Program-made: the position numbers and the translations under genes
The notes under the pieces: generated by a model
Databases searched by the model: none
Seen by the model: only the letters and a program-made list of their open reading frames with translations
What the model was told of the DNA's origin: nothing
Shown: positions 23,486 through 36,947 of the stretch, in pieces
Layout of the letters: every line of letters begins with the position of its first letter
Numbering within the stretch: the stretch's first letter is position 1
Origin: Octopus sinensis
Lineage: Eukaryota
Length of the DNA stretch: 64,000 nucleotides
Direction: 5' to 3'
NCBI RefSeq assembly: GCF_006345805.1
Contig: NW_021832605.1
Coordinates: 62,001 to 126,000, forward strand

Positions 23486-25607
23486 TCACATAGTCAGAAA
23501 AGCTTCACTGTCGTTCTTAGGGTCGAGTTTGTAGGCCTTACATTTGGTGCTCAAAGCAAGAGACACCTCCCCCATCTCATCATAAATCTACAATCACTCA
23601 GCCTTTACTCACATCAGCCAGTAATGACACAACAACATGCTCTGTCGGTACTTGTCTAACAAGACTTTCCAGTTCTTGTCTTGCCTCCAATGTCCTCCCC
23701 TGATTACGGAGAAGTGAAGCTCTGTAGAACTGACAGAGAGGATTAAATGGGTAAAGATTAACAGCCCGGTCCAAATAGGCCAGGGCACTCTCACTCTGTC
23801 CAAGAGAAGAAGCCAACTGCCATTACACACAACTCAAACCACACTGGCTTGACACAACACAGCAGAGTGATATGGATTGATCTCCAATGCTCGTTTGACG
23901 TAACACTCTGCAGAAGAACAGTTCCCACTCTTGTAGTTAACCACAGAGAGCCCATACCTAACATAAGTGAGTGAGGACAACCAGGAGTTGTAATGATGGG
24001 AGTCCAGTCTGATGGCTGTATTGAAACAACTGGTCGCCCTGTGGAGATCTCCAGTATATATATACTCATGTCCCAACAATGAATAGGCATAACAAAACGA
24101 CGAGTCCAACTGGAATATGGACATATCAAACCTGGATAGCTCTGCTGAAATACTGAATGGCCCCTTCGTGGTCGCTTTGTAGAGAAAATGCATTCCCGAC
24201 AGCACACCACGCCTGGGGCAGTCTCAAACTCAAATTGAGCAGTTCTCTCGCCAATCCCGACAGTTCCACGTCCTTCCGAAGATGCCACAAAGCAGTACTC
24301 AGCAAATCCATTCCCTCAGGACAGTGAGGCTGCAGGGAATGGGCTACTCGGAGGGCACGCACTGCCTGGAATATTCTCAGAAAATAAAACACCTCAGAAT
24401 AATTGCCAATATCAAAATAGCCACGGCCAATTGCAGACTTTACCAAAAATGTGTGGAAAAAACGCTCGGGAAGTTGACTAAATATTTGGACTGCACTCGC
24501 CGGTTCGAATAAATACAAATATTTGAATCCTCGAGACAGTTTGTCAAACAAAAAGGACAAAGTGTCTGCTAATTCACTCAAAACAACCAAATTCCGACTC
24601 AGAATGAGACTTGCTCAGTTCATAGTCGACATATGTGACTGTCTTACTCTTCTTTACTGACTTGTCCACAAGAGTGTTCTCCTTGTGTGAAGAAGAGACA
24701 AGAGTCCTCACTCCCCGAGGCATATTGGCAGGAGTACTACTCATTAGTAACCCACCTACCTCTCCATTTTAGTCTTTGTCGTATGAAAAGATGAATTCCC
24801 CCGCAAAGGAGACAACATGTTCTTTTTGGAGGAAAATGAAGCTTTCTAAAATAGGCAAAAATTGTTACAAAGCGACTCGTCTGCTTGGAGGGGACCACTC
24901 TGTTTGGTGGTCTGGACACTGGGAGTGACCCCTGAGTTGAGGGACGTCCTCCGGGGAGTCTCTACTGGTCTGATTGGGGCAATACAGTGGGCACATTCGC
25001 CTTTAGTTTGTCTGGTGTGAACCACTGGGGGTCATCGACTACTCCTATTTGGCACAACTCTTCATAACATGTCCACAAGTAGGGATTCAGTCTTAGACTG
25101 GCACTTAAATACTTTTGGGCCAATTCTGTCCGTCCAGTGGCCCTAAATGTGAATAAAATGACCAAACCGACAGATTTTGCCCAATAGTTGGTAGACATAA
25201 GGAAGGAGGTCTCCGAAATGGGCAGAAGACACGTTTTCGGTCTCGTTTGAGGGAGATTTGAGGGAAGGGCAACTTTGGAGGAGAGCAGTCTCCGCCTCTC
25301 CGTATTTTTTAATGTCGAAACAGCATTTTGAAAAAAGATATCGACTCCAGGCAAAGTCGGCTGTCACGTTTTTGAGAAATTGGTAGGCCAATTCTTTTTT
25401 ATCCTGTCGGTAAAGACATGTGCCCATCAGAAATATATTCTCGTCGTTGGCATCTGCAACTGTAGGTTAAAACAGACTGTCGTAGTAGGCTAATTCTGCC
25501 AGAAATGAAGCATTTGCAATGTCTTGGCAGATCAGGGCATGCCACGATGCATTCTGTCAAATATCTCTCAAATACAAAACCATCAACTGTTGACTACACA
25601 TCACCAT
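23486..25607 (-). CDS. CDC27: Anaphase-promoting complex subunit CDC27/APC3
   Basis: N-terminal ASWHAL..ASFLAE; TPR motifs STALWHL, PQAWCAVGNAFSLQSDHEGAI, YAYSLLGHEY, HYNSW; introns 22-27 nt. Confidence 0.93.
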
Positions 25608-25682
25608 CTTTTTAAACTTTTATTTATTTATTTATTAAATTATTTATAATTATTAATTAAAAAAACATTAAATAAAATTTAA

Positions 25683-26881
25683 TCACCACCAAAAACTAAG
25701 GGAACAACTAATCTGAAGAGACCTCATATAATGCCAGTATAACTTTGGAATAAACAAAAGATCCCCTTCTTTAAGAACCACCTCAAATCCGCGGACATTT
25801 CTAAATCGCGGAAACTTGTCATAGTCCGGAGAATACACATCCACCGAGCTTGTAGTGGTAATCAACCCACTGCAGTCTCTGTATAAATCTTGGTCGTATT
25901 CTGTGGATATCAGCTGCACATATTTTGACCCAAAAACTTGCACATAACAATTATTCCTCGAATCCTGGTGGAGTGGAGACACTGTTCCGCCTGGCCCAAA
26001 CCAGCAGTTCACTTCCGGTCATCACAGTCAGAGACATAGCAATATTCAGGGGTAATCACATCTTCATTTAAGACAGGGATTTGACCCAGTAGGTTATGTT
26101 GAGCCAAATATCCGACCACAGGTGACTGATTGATTATATAATCATTCACAAAATCCTTAAAAAACATCAGTTTTTGGTGCCAGTTGTGATCAGTCATGTA
26201 ATTCTTTCCAATCTCCACAGGGACTGTTCGATGTTGGGCCAAAGACATAAAATATTGGACATTCCATCGACGGTCAGAAAAGGCGGGCCAATGCCCACAA
26301 GAACCAGTTATCACACACGGCAATTGATTATTAAAATAATAAATAAAATCTTCCACACCAATATTTTCAACCCGAGGAAGTTCAGTTAAATATTCGAACC
26401 TCAAAAGTGACCCTTCTTCCCCTGCTGGAGGAAGGCACACCTCATTTCCACCACCAACCATGTCATGGAGGATCAAAGCAATGCCGGAGATGACGTCATC
26501 ACCAAAAGAACAGCCCATCAGAAGTGCATGGTCACAATCCACAAGCACAGAGAGGCAATCATGGCCCAATAAAAGACGGGAAATTACGAGGATTAGACTC
26601 ACAAAGTAGTAGGCTTGTCTCCACACAGAAGGGACGTCAGCCCAGTGCCAGGAATTCAATTTCTCCCAAGCAACAGTGCGGAGAATTAGTCCGAGTTCAT
26701 AGGATGACTTGAAATGTCCAGATTTGTATGATTTTATTAGACGGTTGAGTGATAATTGAAAATCAAAGTCGATTTGAGGTGTTTTTAATGGACAGAACTC
26801 TATTTTTGTGTTGGAGAGGTAGTTGGATATTCTTTCTTCCAGTTTTGTAAAATCGTCCACAAAAGGGTCGAACGTCCACAT
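25683..26881 (-). CDS. KDM8: JmjC protein JMJD5/KDM8; intronless; 1-nt frameshift near 26015
   Basis: RTVPVEIG..YLAQHNL..NCWFGPGGTVSPLHQD..IPKLYWHYMRSLQISCSLSFWW*; the two ORFs join if one C is restored in GAT GAC C(C)G GAA. Confidence 0.9.
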
Positions 26882-27266
26882 TACAATTATTAAATAAAAT
26901 GTCTATTAAAAATAGTTTTTTGTTTATTAAGACATTCGGAGCATTGGAAAAACGATTAAAAACTGGGAAGCCATTGAAAGATTAAAAATATAAATTGAAT
27001 CATTAAACAGAACTTTTCCCGTCCATTCGAACTGAATAATCTGCACACAATTAAGTCGAGCACTCAATTCCTTAGTTTTGAGGCAGACTTGATTCACAGG
27101 AAATAATAAATTTAGTCATTGGAAGGTCGGTTTATCAAACTGAGTGGCATACGGGATGCATCAGTTCTATTCTGAGAATGTTCAGATCAAGTCGGCCCAA
27201 GAAAAACTGTGTTTTGCAATGCGACAGGAATAGAAGGCCTGTTTGGACAGAAAGCCAGTTATATTC

Positions 27267-30200
27267 TGTCGCGTCCCATGCTGGCTACATGTCACCTGTC
27301 AACAGATCATTTTTACGAGGTCATTGGTTGTCAGATATCATAATTAATGTGGTTTTTATCATGGGACATATTTAATATTTTTTAACGCTATTTCTTAATT
27401 TTAAACATGTCCTCTCTAAAATGTTTCTCCCTATATATATAAAATAGGTTTTGTGAAAAATGCGTAGAATATCAATCTATAGTGCAGAGTTTCCAAGCTT
27501 TTTTTTACGCGCCTCCCTTAGAGAAAAAGTACAATCTTGCGCCTCCCTTTATATTCCATAATATAATACAATTATTATTTTATCAAAAACAATTTTTTAA
27601 AACAAAAAGTTAATGAGATAATTTTTTTTCCATCTTGGCGCAAAGTTTTTCAAATCTTGGTGTCATCGCAGAGAGTGCTACTCTTAGCTCATTAGTCACT
27701 ACTAAACGAGTTCGATATTTAGATTTAATTGCAGCTAGTGCAGAAAATCCAGTTTCGCATAAATATGAAGTAGCAAATGGCAACAAAACTTTCATTGCTT
27801 TATTCGACAAAATTTCATATTCCGTTCTTACATTCAACCAAAAGAAATTAGCGGTTCTCTCTCAAATTTTTGTTTCAATAATGTATCGCATGACAATTCT
27901 ATCAATTTTTCTTTTTCAAAAGTTGTCAATGCAAATTGATTATCTTCTTCATCAATAAATGGATTCTGTATCCATTCGAACATTTTACAGTCGAGATCTT
28001 TAAAATAGTGAGCAAAATGCTTCAACAAACAATCCAAATGTTCAGCAAATATGTCTTTGTTTGCTTCAATGTTCACTATGGCGCAAAAGGTGTTTAAAAG
28101 TGGAAACATGTCATAGATATTTTTTTGTATATTTGATTTCCATAATACCAATTTTTTCATAAATGCTTTTATTTTGTCCTTTTGAGAGAATAAATGTAGT
28201 TGTGGTCCCTGCATTGATTTATTCAATATACTCAATTTCCCAAAAATGTCACTAAATAGGCAAATTTGACAATAAAGTCATCATCCCTGAACAACTTTGC
28301 ATCTTCAATATCATTTTCATCAAGAAAATCTGCAACTTGATCTTTGAGTTCAAACACCTTCTAATCACTTTTGCACGAGATAGCCAGCGTACCTCACAAT
28401 AGTATAAAAGCGATGTATATTTTGAATCCATATCTTCACACAGCTTTGCAAAAAGCTTAGCTCTTAAAGGACTGTGTTTTATAGTTTATAACTTTTGTAA
28501 TTTGCGCAAAAATATCGTTCAGTTCTGGACTCATATTCTTTGAGACAAGTGCTGATCTGTGCAGCATGCAGTGCGTCCAGATAATTTCTGGTGCTCTGTT
28601 TTTTACAAGAGCTTGAAGACCAGATTTATTTCCTGACATTGACTGTGCTCCGTCTGTACAAAGTCCAACACAATTGATCCATTCTATGTTATTTTCTTCA
28701 AAAAAAGTATCAATTATATTAAAAATTTCATTGGCCGTGCTCCTTCCAGGAAATGGTTTGCAGAATAATAGATCTTCTATTATTGTACTTTCTTCAGCAT
28801 ATCTGACATATGCAATTAAATGTGCATTTTTATTTATGTCAGCTCCCTCATCAACTTGTATAGCAAATTTACAGTTACGTAGTCGAGAAACCAACTGATC
28901 ACAAAGATCTTCAGATATGTCATCAATTCTTCTAGCGACTGTGTTATCAGCAAGCGGTATTTGCTGTAATTGTTTTGCATAGGATTCGCCAAACATTGCT
29001 TCAACCATATCGATAGCTGCTGGCAAAACTAGAGTTTCTCCGATATTGTGCGGTTTCTTGCATTTTGCAATCCTGTAAGAAACTTTGTACGATGCTAGTA
29101 AAGCATTTGAAGAGACAGAAACAAGTTTTTTAACGATTTCGTTTGGTTATCAAACTCTTCTAATTTTCTTTTAAAAAATTCTTCAGACTTATGGACATGT
29201 TCAGAATGCATCGTTTCAAAATTCTTCTTAATTTGCATGGCCTCATACTATCTGCTGCAAGTGTTTTGAGGCAAAGCAAACAGAGGGGTTTTTCCATAGA
29301 ATCAACAAAGATACGTGTGAATCCTAACAATAAGTAAGATGGAAAGTATTTTCTTGTCTTTGGAGTGGTATTGATTATATCCCAATCATTTTGATTTTTT
29401 GAACCATCGTCAAAATCTTTATTATTCGTGAATTTTCTTTTGCAACCACTCAAGAATTTATTCATGTGTTAAAATTATTTAATTGTCTAATAATTAAATA
29501 AATTTTTGAAAAAATATAATTTTTAAATTAATAACTCTTATTATCGGAATATAGTCACGTTTTTTACATAGATATAATTTTCTAAAAAATGTTTCTGAAA
29601 TACTTTTCGCGCCTCCCTTGACACGAGTCAACGCCTCCCTAGGGAGGCGCGCCTCCCCATTTGGAAACCTCTGCTATAGTGAGTATCTTAAATGGCGAAC
29701 CTTTACAGACATTCTCAAGGCAGATAAAATATAAATTAACAAAAAAATCCACAAAATTTATTGTTATCATTGACCGCTTATACCTCAAAGACGAAAGATT
29801 TCAAAAGCACAAATTAATCATTTGCATGGCTAATGAAAGTGAAATGCAAACTATTGCAGATTCTATTCATCGGAATAGCCATTCTTGAATTCGTAAATTG
29901 CAACAGGAATGTTTACACTCTTATTTTACAATAAAGCGGAAAATTATAGAACGAGTTGTCAAAAAATGCTCAATTTGCAAGTTTTCTATTCCACTTAAAG
30001 TATAAAATTAATACCAGGTTTCTGATTCTAAATTCCATGTGATTGCCAAAAGACCAAATGAACGATTCCAACCAGACCTTATAGACGTTAAAAAATTTAA
30101 CGATTCAAATGATTGTGAGATTCTACAAACAGATAATGGAACGGAGTTTAAGAATAATTATCTTGATTCTTTCTGCCTTAAAAACAAAATCAAACATATT

Positions 30201-30720
30201 TATGGAAAACCAAATCATCCTCAATCACAAGTAATGATACAATATTTATCTGTTTAGGGTATCATGGAAAGGTTTAATCAAACACTGACACGAAATCTTT
30301 CAAAGCTGATGAGTGAAGAATCAACTAAAAATTGGATACAATTTTTTAAACGAAGCACTTTTATATATAACACAACTATTCATTCTTTTATAAACGAAAC
30401 ATCATTTAAATAACTGAGAGGAGTTTCTAATATAAACACAGTCATTCATAAAAGCTTTTTATTTTTTTAAATTTTACAGAAAGTGAGAGTTTGGATGATT
30501 TTTATCCACTATCATCTGAGGATTTAACTGTAGAAAATATTTCACATGTTTCAGGTAAATTTTGTATAAAGTATACAAGAAAACTTGTATTGAATTTTTC
30601 TCCGCCGAATTTAAATTCATCGCATTTTAAACGAATGAATAAAAAAATGAACGTTCATCAATCGAAATACGATTTTTCAATTGGGAATGAAGTATGTTTA
30701 ATGAATAATTGATAGTTTCG
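27267..30720 (+). mobile_element. Ginger-like (rve integrase) transposon, interrupted by a hAT and 3'-truncated
   Basis: TGTCGCGTCCCA terminus at 27267; H2C2 zinc domain (IHRNSH..CSIC); FQPDLID, ILQTDNGTEF and HPQSQ|GIMERFN motifs with a 27-nt intron; several stops. Confidence 0.75.
27485..29673 (-). mobile_element. Buster-type hAT transposon (ZBED5-like transposase, frameshifted)
   Basis: TIR CAGAG(G)TTTCCAA, perfect TSD CTATAGTG (27477-27484, 29674-29681); FAIQVDE, CTDGAQSM, THCMLHR, FATSYLCETGFS motifs. Confidence 0.93.
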
Positions 30721-31688
30721 AGTTTTAAAGACATTGTTATACAATTTTTTTATTTGTCTGTTTAAAAGTCCAATCTTCCCCAGAATTAGATATTGAAAAT
30801 TGTCGACATTTTTGTTATTAGATATTGAAAATTTCAATAAAAGACTACCAATGATTTTAGTTTCTTAATAAAATGGACACAGAAACCAATTCGACAGTAC
30901 TTGCAAACAAAATGTATATCTTTTAATGATATACGGCGAATTAGCACAGCTTGGATGGACGTGAAATCAAACACAATTTCCATCTGCCTGAATAAGTGTG
31001 GCATTCCAGTAAAAATAAAACGACAATCCTGAAAACAGTTTCCTGTTCATACCCTTATAAATAGAATTAGTCGACGATCTAATGACAGGAGAAAAAATGT
31101 TAACTTAGATTTGAAACTACTCGCTGAAAATCCAATTCAATTGGAATTATCTATAATTGAGCAATATCAAACAGTCTCAGCTTCTGAAGATAATGACAGT
31201 GACTTGGATTTTGATAAGCAGACAAAGTTGGAGAACCAAGGAATGTTTAATTTGTTGAAATTATAAATATCAGTACTATAGGGTGACATCAGTATTATTG
31301 GGTATTCCTAATAATAAAAATATTCAGGACAAGCTATAGGAAAAACATTTCAGAGTCTATTGAAAAGATTTTAAATATCGCCCTGTGATGATTTAAACAA
31401 ATTGGCTTTCACGAAAAAACTTTAAGTTTAAGACCACCAGTTGGATTTATTGCGCGGCATTGTAAGAATGATGTAGTATTCTTGTTAATCATTAACAAGT
31501 CATAAAATGCTTAAGGATGATATACTCAAAAGGATGATATACTCAAAAGGATATATTTTTCTTCAGATCACCATCTAAATAGTGTTTGGGAAAATTTCAT
31601 AGAGTTTGATCCAGATCAATAAAAATAAATATTTTGAGTTTTAGTTATCTTAACTATGATATTAGAAAAATGGGCGTCTGCTCACATA

Positions 31689-32994
31689 CAGTGAACAAAA
31701 ATAAAGGATATATTTTTCTTCAGATCACCATCTAAATAGTGTTTGGGAAAATTTCATTTTAAAATTCGTTCAAATTCAATCATTTGTAACCTCTCTACAT
31801 GGCTGGTCATTGAACATCTGAAGAAAAAGGCAGAATAATTGGCATGTATAAATCTGGAAAAACATACAGAGAAATACAAAATATCACCAAAAGATTGCTC
31901 GTCACGATATCGCAAATTACCAGAAGTTATTTAAATAAGTACTCGACCGACAAAAAAGTCGGGTCTGGTCGACCATTGTTGCTCAATCGTCAAGAAATAT
32001 TTTAAATTAAAGAGTCTCGAAAAGTGGATGTCCATTTCAACTGTGTTAAATATGCTAAAACTTTTATAGAAAAAGCAGGGAAATCAGTAACAGCACAAAC
32101 AATAAGAAATACCACGTAAAATTGATCTGAATGCTTATCCGCCCACGAAAAGACCACTTTTTATCAAAAACCGTAAACTTAAATGATTGACACAATGCCA
32201 AACATGGAATATGCTCTCAAAATATTTTGGGTGCGAGTTATTTTATGTGATGAAAGTAAATTTAATATGTACAATAGTGACGGAAGAACTTTTATATGGA
32301 GAAATCGCAAGGAAAAATATTTAACAAACAATGTTAAAAACAGTAAAATTCAGTAGAGGAACTATCATGTTATGACGTGCCATAATCATTATTGGATTCA
32401 ATAATTTGGTTTTGATAAAAGAGAAGATGGGTGGAGCTTTGTATGTTAACATATTAACGAATAATATTATTTCATTTCTAAACAAAATCGAACTTAAAGA
32501 TCCTAGTTACCAAAAAGACAATGATCCGAAACATACTTGGCAATAGCAAGGCGCTTTTTCCAAGTAAATAATATCGAATTGCTACCATGGCCTGCACAAA
32601 GTCCAGATTTAAACCCTATAGAAAATGTTTGGGCCTTTATTAAAGAAAAAATCAAAGGAAGAGAATTTTTGAAAAAGAAACATTTATTTGCAGAAATATC
32701 ATCCATTTGAAATGAACTCAAAATAGAATACGCAAAAAGTCTTATTAATACCATGCCAGGCCGAATACTAGATGTAATTAGAGCTAATGGAGGACATACT
32801 AGATATTAAATAAATTTGTTCAGTTTTGGGGGGTTCTGAATTATCAATGAATGAAAAACCGTATAAATATAATATTTTTTCGAAAAACAAAAAAAATAAA
32901 TTAATGTTTTAATTCAGTAGAAGTTAAATTTTAGATATTGTTTTATAGTAAATTCGTGAGAAAATGCTTGTTCAGTTTTTATTTTTGTTCACTG
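31689..32994 (+). mobile_element. Tc1-family transposon, decayed
   Basis: 17-bp TIR CAGTGAACAAAAATAAA with TA flanks; DESKFN, KDNDPKHT, WPAQSPDLNPIENVW, ANGGHTRY* motifs; stops and frameshifts. Confidence 0.9.
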
Positions 32995-33214
32995 TATACC
33001 ATTCAAATAAACTGATTATATTATTCAGCGAGTTACTCGATCAATGAACTCGACAATGATATTAATTTTTGCTAGAATCTAGAGCAAGCTCTAGGCAGTA
33101 CGTTGTGATGAGGGAGGGTGAAAATAAAGCCAGAAGCTAATCAAACATGTATCCACGAAACTAGCTGCAATCATTTCAAATATCGTAAATAAGCATTGCA
33201 ATAAAATGAAATAA

Positions 33215-36200
33215 TCAAAGCAAATTGTCAATGTCCCAAGTACGCGAACTGCGACCATCCTCTACACACCCGACCAACGAAAATAATTCCGAACAACTCT
33301 TCCTAAGCCGAGGATCACACCCAGTGTAGACCGAAGCCAATGCACTGGTCAATTGACTGGTCAACAACACTAAAACTACACCACCACACACTCACACGAC
33401 ACATCCCGACAATTCCTCCGATAGTAATCCAAATGACGAATCACTGCTTCCACTGGCACGTGATGTTTTACACTAACAACTCCCCTCACAAAACTCACCG
33501 TTTAAGTCTTTTACTTTGCCGACTCAACAATGTCCCTATCACGGTCGACAACTTATCAGAATCCTCCGAAGCCCAGAATGCGAGGGCCGTGAATATCACC
33601 GGCATCACGGAGGGCGCGGAAATGGTCAGAAGACAGGAAACCAACTCCATGGTGGGTCTACCAATACATGACAAATCCAACTTTCTGCAGATTATAGCCT
33701 CCGTAGTAATAAGGTAAACCAAATGACTGAAGGATTCTGACTTGTTAGTCAATATGGACAACCAGAGTCCTCAAAGTCTGACAAATAACTGAGGTATGAC
33801 TCCACCAAGAGACAGTGAGACTGAACCAGTGCCCACAACGCCTGCTGACTGTGTTGAGGCATAGTTGACATTACATCTACATCAGTAACACACGAATACT
33901 ACGAAGAACTGACTCAATTCCATCATCAGTTATCAAAATCATTTCTTTTCTGAGAATGGCGCAGTTCAGTTTGTCGAACTGAAATAAACCCAAAGAAATA
34001 CCTGCTTGAATGGCAGTCGACCAGTCAAGCTCTTTAGAAGAGTACAGTTATCCACCAAAACATGCCCGATGGACTAGTAGGTCACATTAAAAAGGATTAC
34101 TGATTTATGAAGAGTAATAACAAGTCGCACTGCCATGTCTCGGTCGAATTTGACACACAACTAACAAATGTCAGCACTGAGCAATACAATCACATCCTCA
34201 GTCAACATAGAAGAGATGTCGTAATTCAAAGACACACACAGTCCCTGGTAACATCCGAATCGTTCATTCTCATTTCTACAATATACACAACACAGAGACC
34301 TCTGTTCGAGGAAACATAAAAACAGATATCCTATTGGGGGGAAATACTCCCTCACTTTGTTATACAGTCCTAGCAAGCACAAAGACAGTGAGTTTGTTTC
34401 ATGCAGCTGTACAAGCAGCCGAAACAAATTGAACACATAAAAGTCAAAGAACTGCTCGGATGACCTACCAATAACAAGCCCGTCATTACAGGACTGATAT
34501 GAAAGGGAGAGTGCTGTTAGTCCTGCATGTGGGGTTATTGATATAGTCATGCATTATCCACCCAATACACCCCGCAAGGGAATCCCCTATGGATGTCCCC
34601 GACTGTCCACTGCTCATCCACGATTCATTCTGACATATACACGAGAATATAACAATTATTATTAGATTGAGGAGACGGGTGAATGCTTCTGACCGTTTAT
34701 GAGCAGGACTTTGCTCGTCAACACTCACAGTCAACAGAGAACGCTGGGAGTCGGATAATTTCTCAAAATGAGACTGAAATGTAGTTTTCCTGAACCTGAG
34801 GATCTCCGGCATAAGCACACTGTCGAGATGGGAGACCAAATCTGCCAGGACTAAGAGAAATAACCAACCAGTCCTCACAACCAATTCCTCATCGTCACTG
34901 AAAACTGACATTTCATTGCTTCTCAGCTGGGCGGTGGGAGTCCCCGTTATTTCAAAAGTCGGCTTATCCTCACTTTCCGTAGGACAAGTCGACATGCCTC
35001 GACTATGGGACCAAAAACAACCAGAATCGTCAGACTCCTGAGGTCGGCAAAAATCATAAAAATAATGCAAAATTGCTTGGCGAAGGTCATTGGGCAGATT
35101 TTCGTTTTCCGCGATAACACAAAATGATCTGCAAATTCAAATGAGACACAGCCAACGAAATGACTTTTTTGGAAATGAGACATTTCAGGGCTGCCTGAAT
35201 GGATTCCTCAATGCTTTGTGTCCTGGCTGGGTAGTAGTTCGCCCCGATTCGACAAAAGTAATCCACCAGTGACAATGCCAAGTTAATGTTCACGCGGAAT
35301 GAATTCGCCATCAACAAAATGGCAGGTTCTACAATCACTAATCGAGTTTTCTACCAATATCCATAATGTCCTTGTCGGATTGAAAAAACAGCCAATCAAA
35401 AAAAAGTGCCAATTTCATATTAGCATTGACAAGTCTCCTCTACCCAGTCAGCCATAAAATCAACCGAACACCCAGAAAACAACCATCCAATCAGTGCATA
35501 ACGTGTAACCAAATCTGACGAGAGTTGTTCGTTCGTAGGGTGATAAACAGAACATAAATAACGAATAATATCCACACGGACAGTGTCCCCCATTGGAGTG
35601 TTGAGATACTACTCATTACTTGTCCAACAAACCATAGCTCGATACCACTCCTGGTATATACGCTCGTGTCCAAACCTCACCTAAATTAGTGATTGGAGAT
35701 TCAAACCGACGACAGCATAAAACGGAGTCGTTCTTCCATTTCAAATGTCAGGGGCAGACACAAATAATTTCTGGGAGTTCGGCGACGCAGGACTTCAAAG
35801 ATTATGTCATTCTCGTCAGTCCCCTTGGCCAATTCTGCCCAAAATGCTTCCATTTCAGGAATTCTGGCAACATTTTGAAGCAGACGAATCAAATCACGGC
35901 CAATTTCAGCACAGCAATTCCACTAATCATAAAAACAGTAAAAAACATAATTTCTGAGCAGAAATAGACTCAGCCGGATTTCAATCTGTCTGAGCCCTAT
36001 TAGTCGCTCGTGGGAGTGGTCTTCCATTAGTCTGAGAGAGGTAAACACGACGGAAGGGATCACAGAAGGACATATTTCAGTCCACTGCCTTAAATTGACA
36101 TAAATGTATTACTTGTGAGCAAGGAGAGTACTCAGCACGTTTTCTATAAGAAGGAGGTTTTTTTCGGACGTGTCTGCGCCACCCATCGACCTGAGAATTG

Positions 36201-36669
36201 AAATTATGAAGGATTCCATTTTCGGACTTCTGCTTTTTATCAGTTCTCCAAAAAACCAGATCATCTGGGCTGAGATTGGGGGTTAACTTGTTTGGAAACA
36301 TGGGAAACCAGACGATTCCATTTTTGTGCCACAATTCTACTACAAGTAGAAATAACGAGAGAAAGAGCGTCCTTTGTAGTGGTTACTAGCAGGGAATATG
36401 ACTGGCAATATTATTTGGTAGTTTTGCCTGCAGAGATTGACTTTGGTCTGTCAGGAGAGAGAATAAGAGGCCGAGTTGAACGTCCTCGTAGGCGGAAGCA
36501 TGTCCTTTGGAGATGTGACTTGACAGTATATCGGCTGGGTCATATCCTTTGCAGTCGGTAATCAGTGATTTTACTACTCGTAGTGAATTCTCGAGTTTCT
36601 AGCAGCTTGAATGATACTATTTACTATTTCTAAATCATATTTTAATTCAATGGGAGTAGTGTTCAACAT
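33215..36669 (-). CDS. INTS3: Integrator complex subunit 3 (SOSS-A)
   Basis: IGRDLIRLLQNVARIPE, HPTNEQLSSD, NMKLALFFDWLFF..MDIEPAILLM, C-terminal SELFSL; many 23-28 nt introns including one GC-AG. Start codon inferred. Confidence 0.9.
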
Positions 36670-36947
36670 CAATACAAATGCTTTTAAATTTTTATTAAAT
36701 AAATAATCAAGTTAATGTATTAAAAATTTATGTCGAATATCTGATTGTTCATTTAGTCGAATATCGATAGTTGAATATATTAGATTGAATAGGCGTATTT
36801 GCTCAAAAAAAAGAATCATTATCACAAATATTAAGATATCTAATTCAATGAAAAATAATTAATTTGAATTAAAACTAAATTAATAGCTGTTTTATATATC
36901 AATTAAAATAAATAAATTAATTCCAGGATTAGATATAGTTTAGTTTT

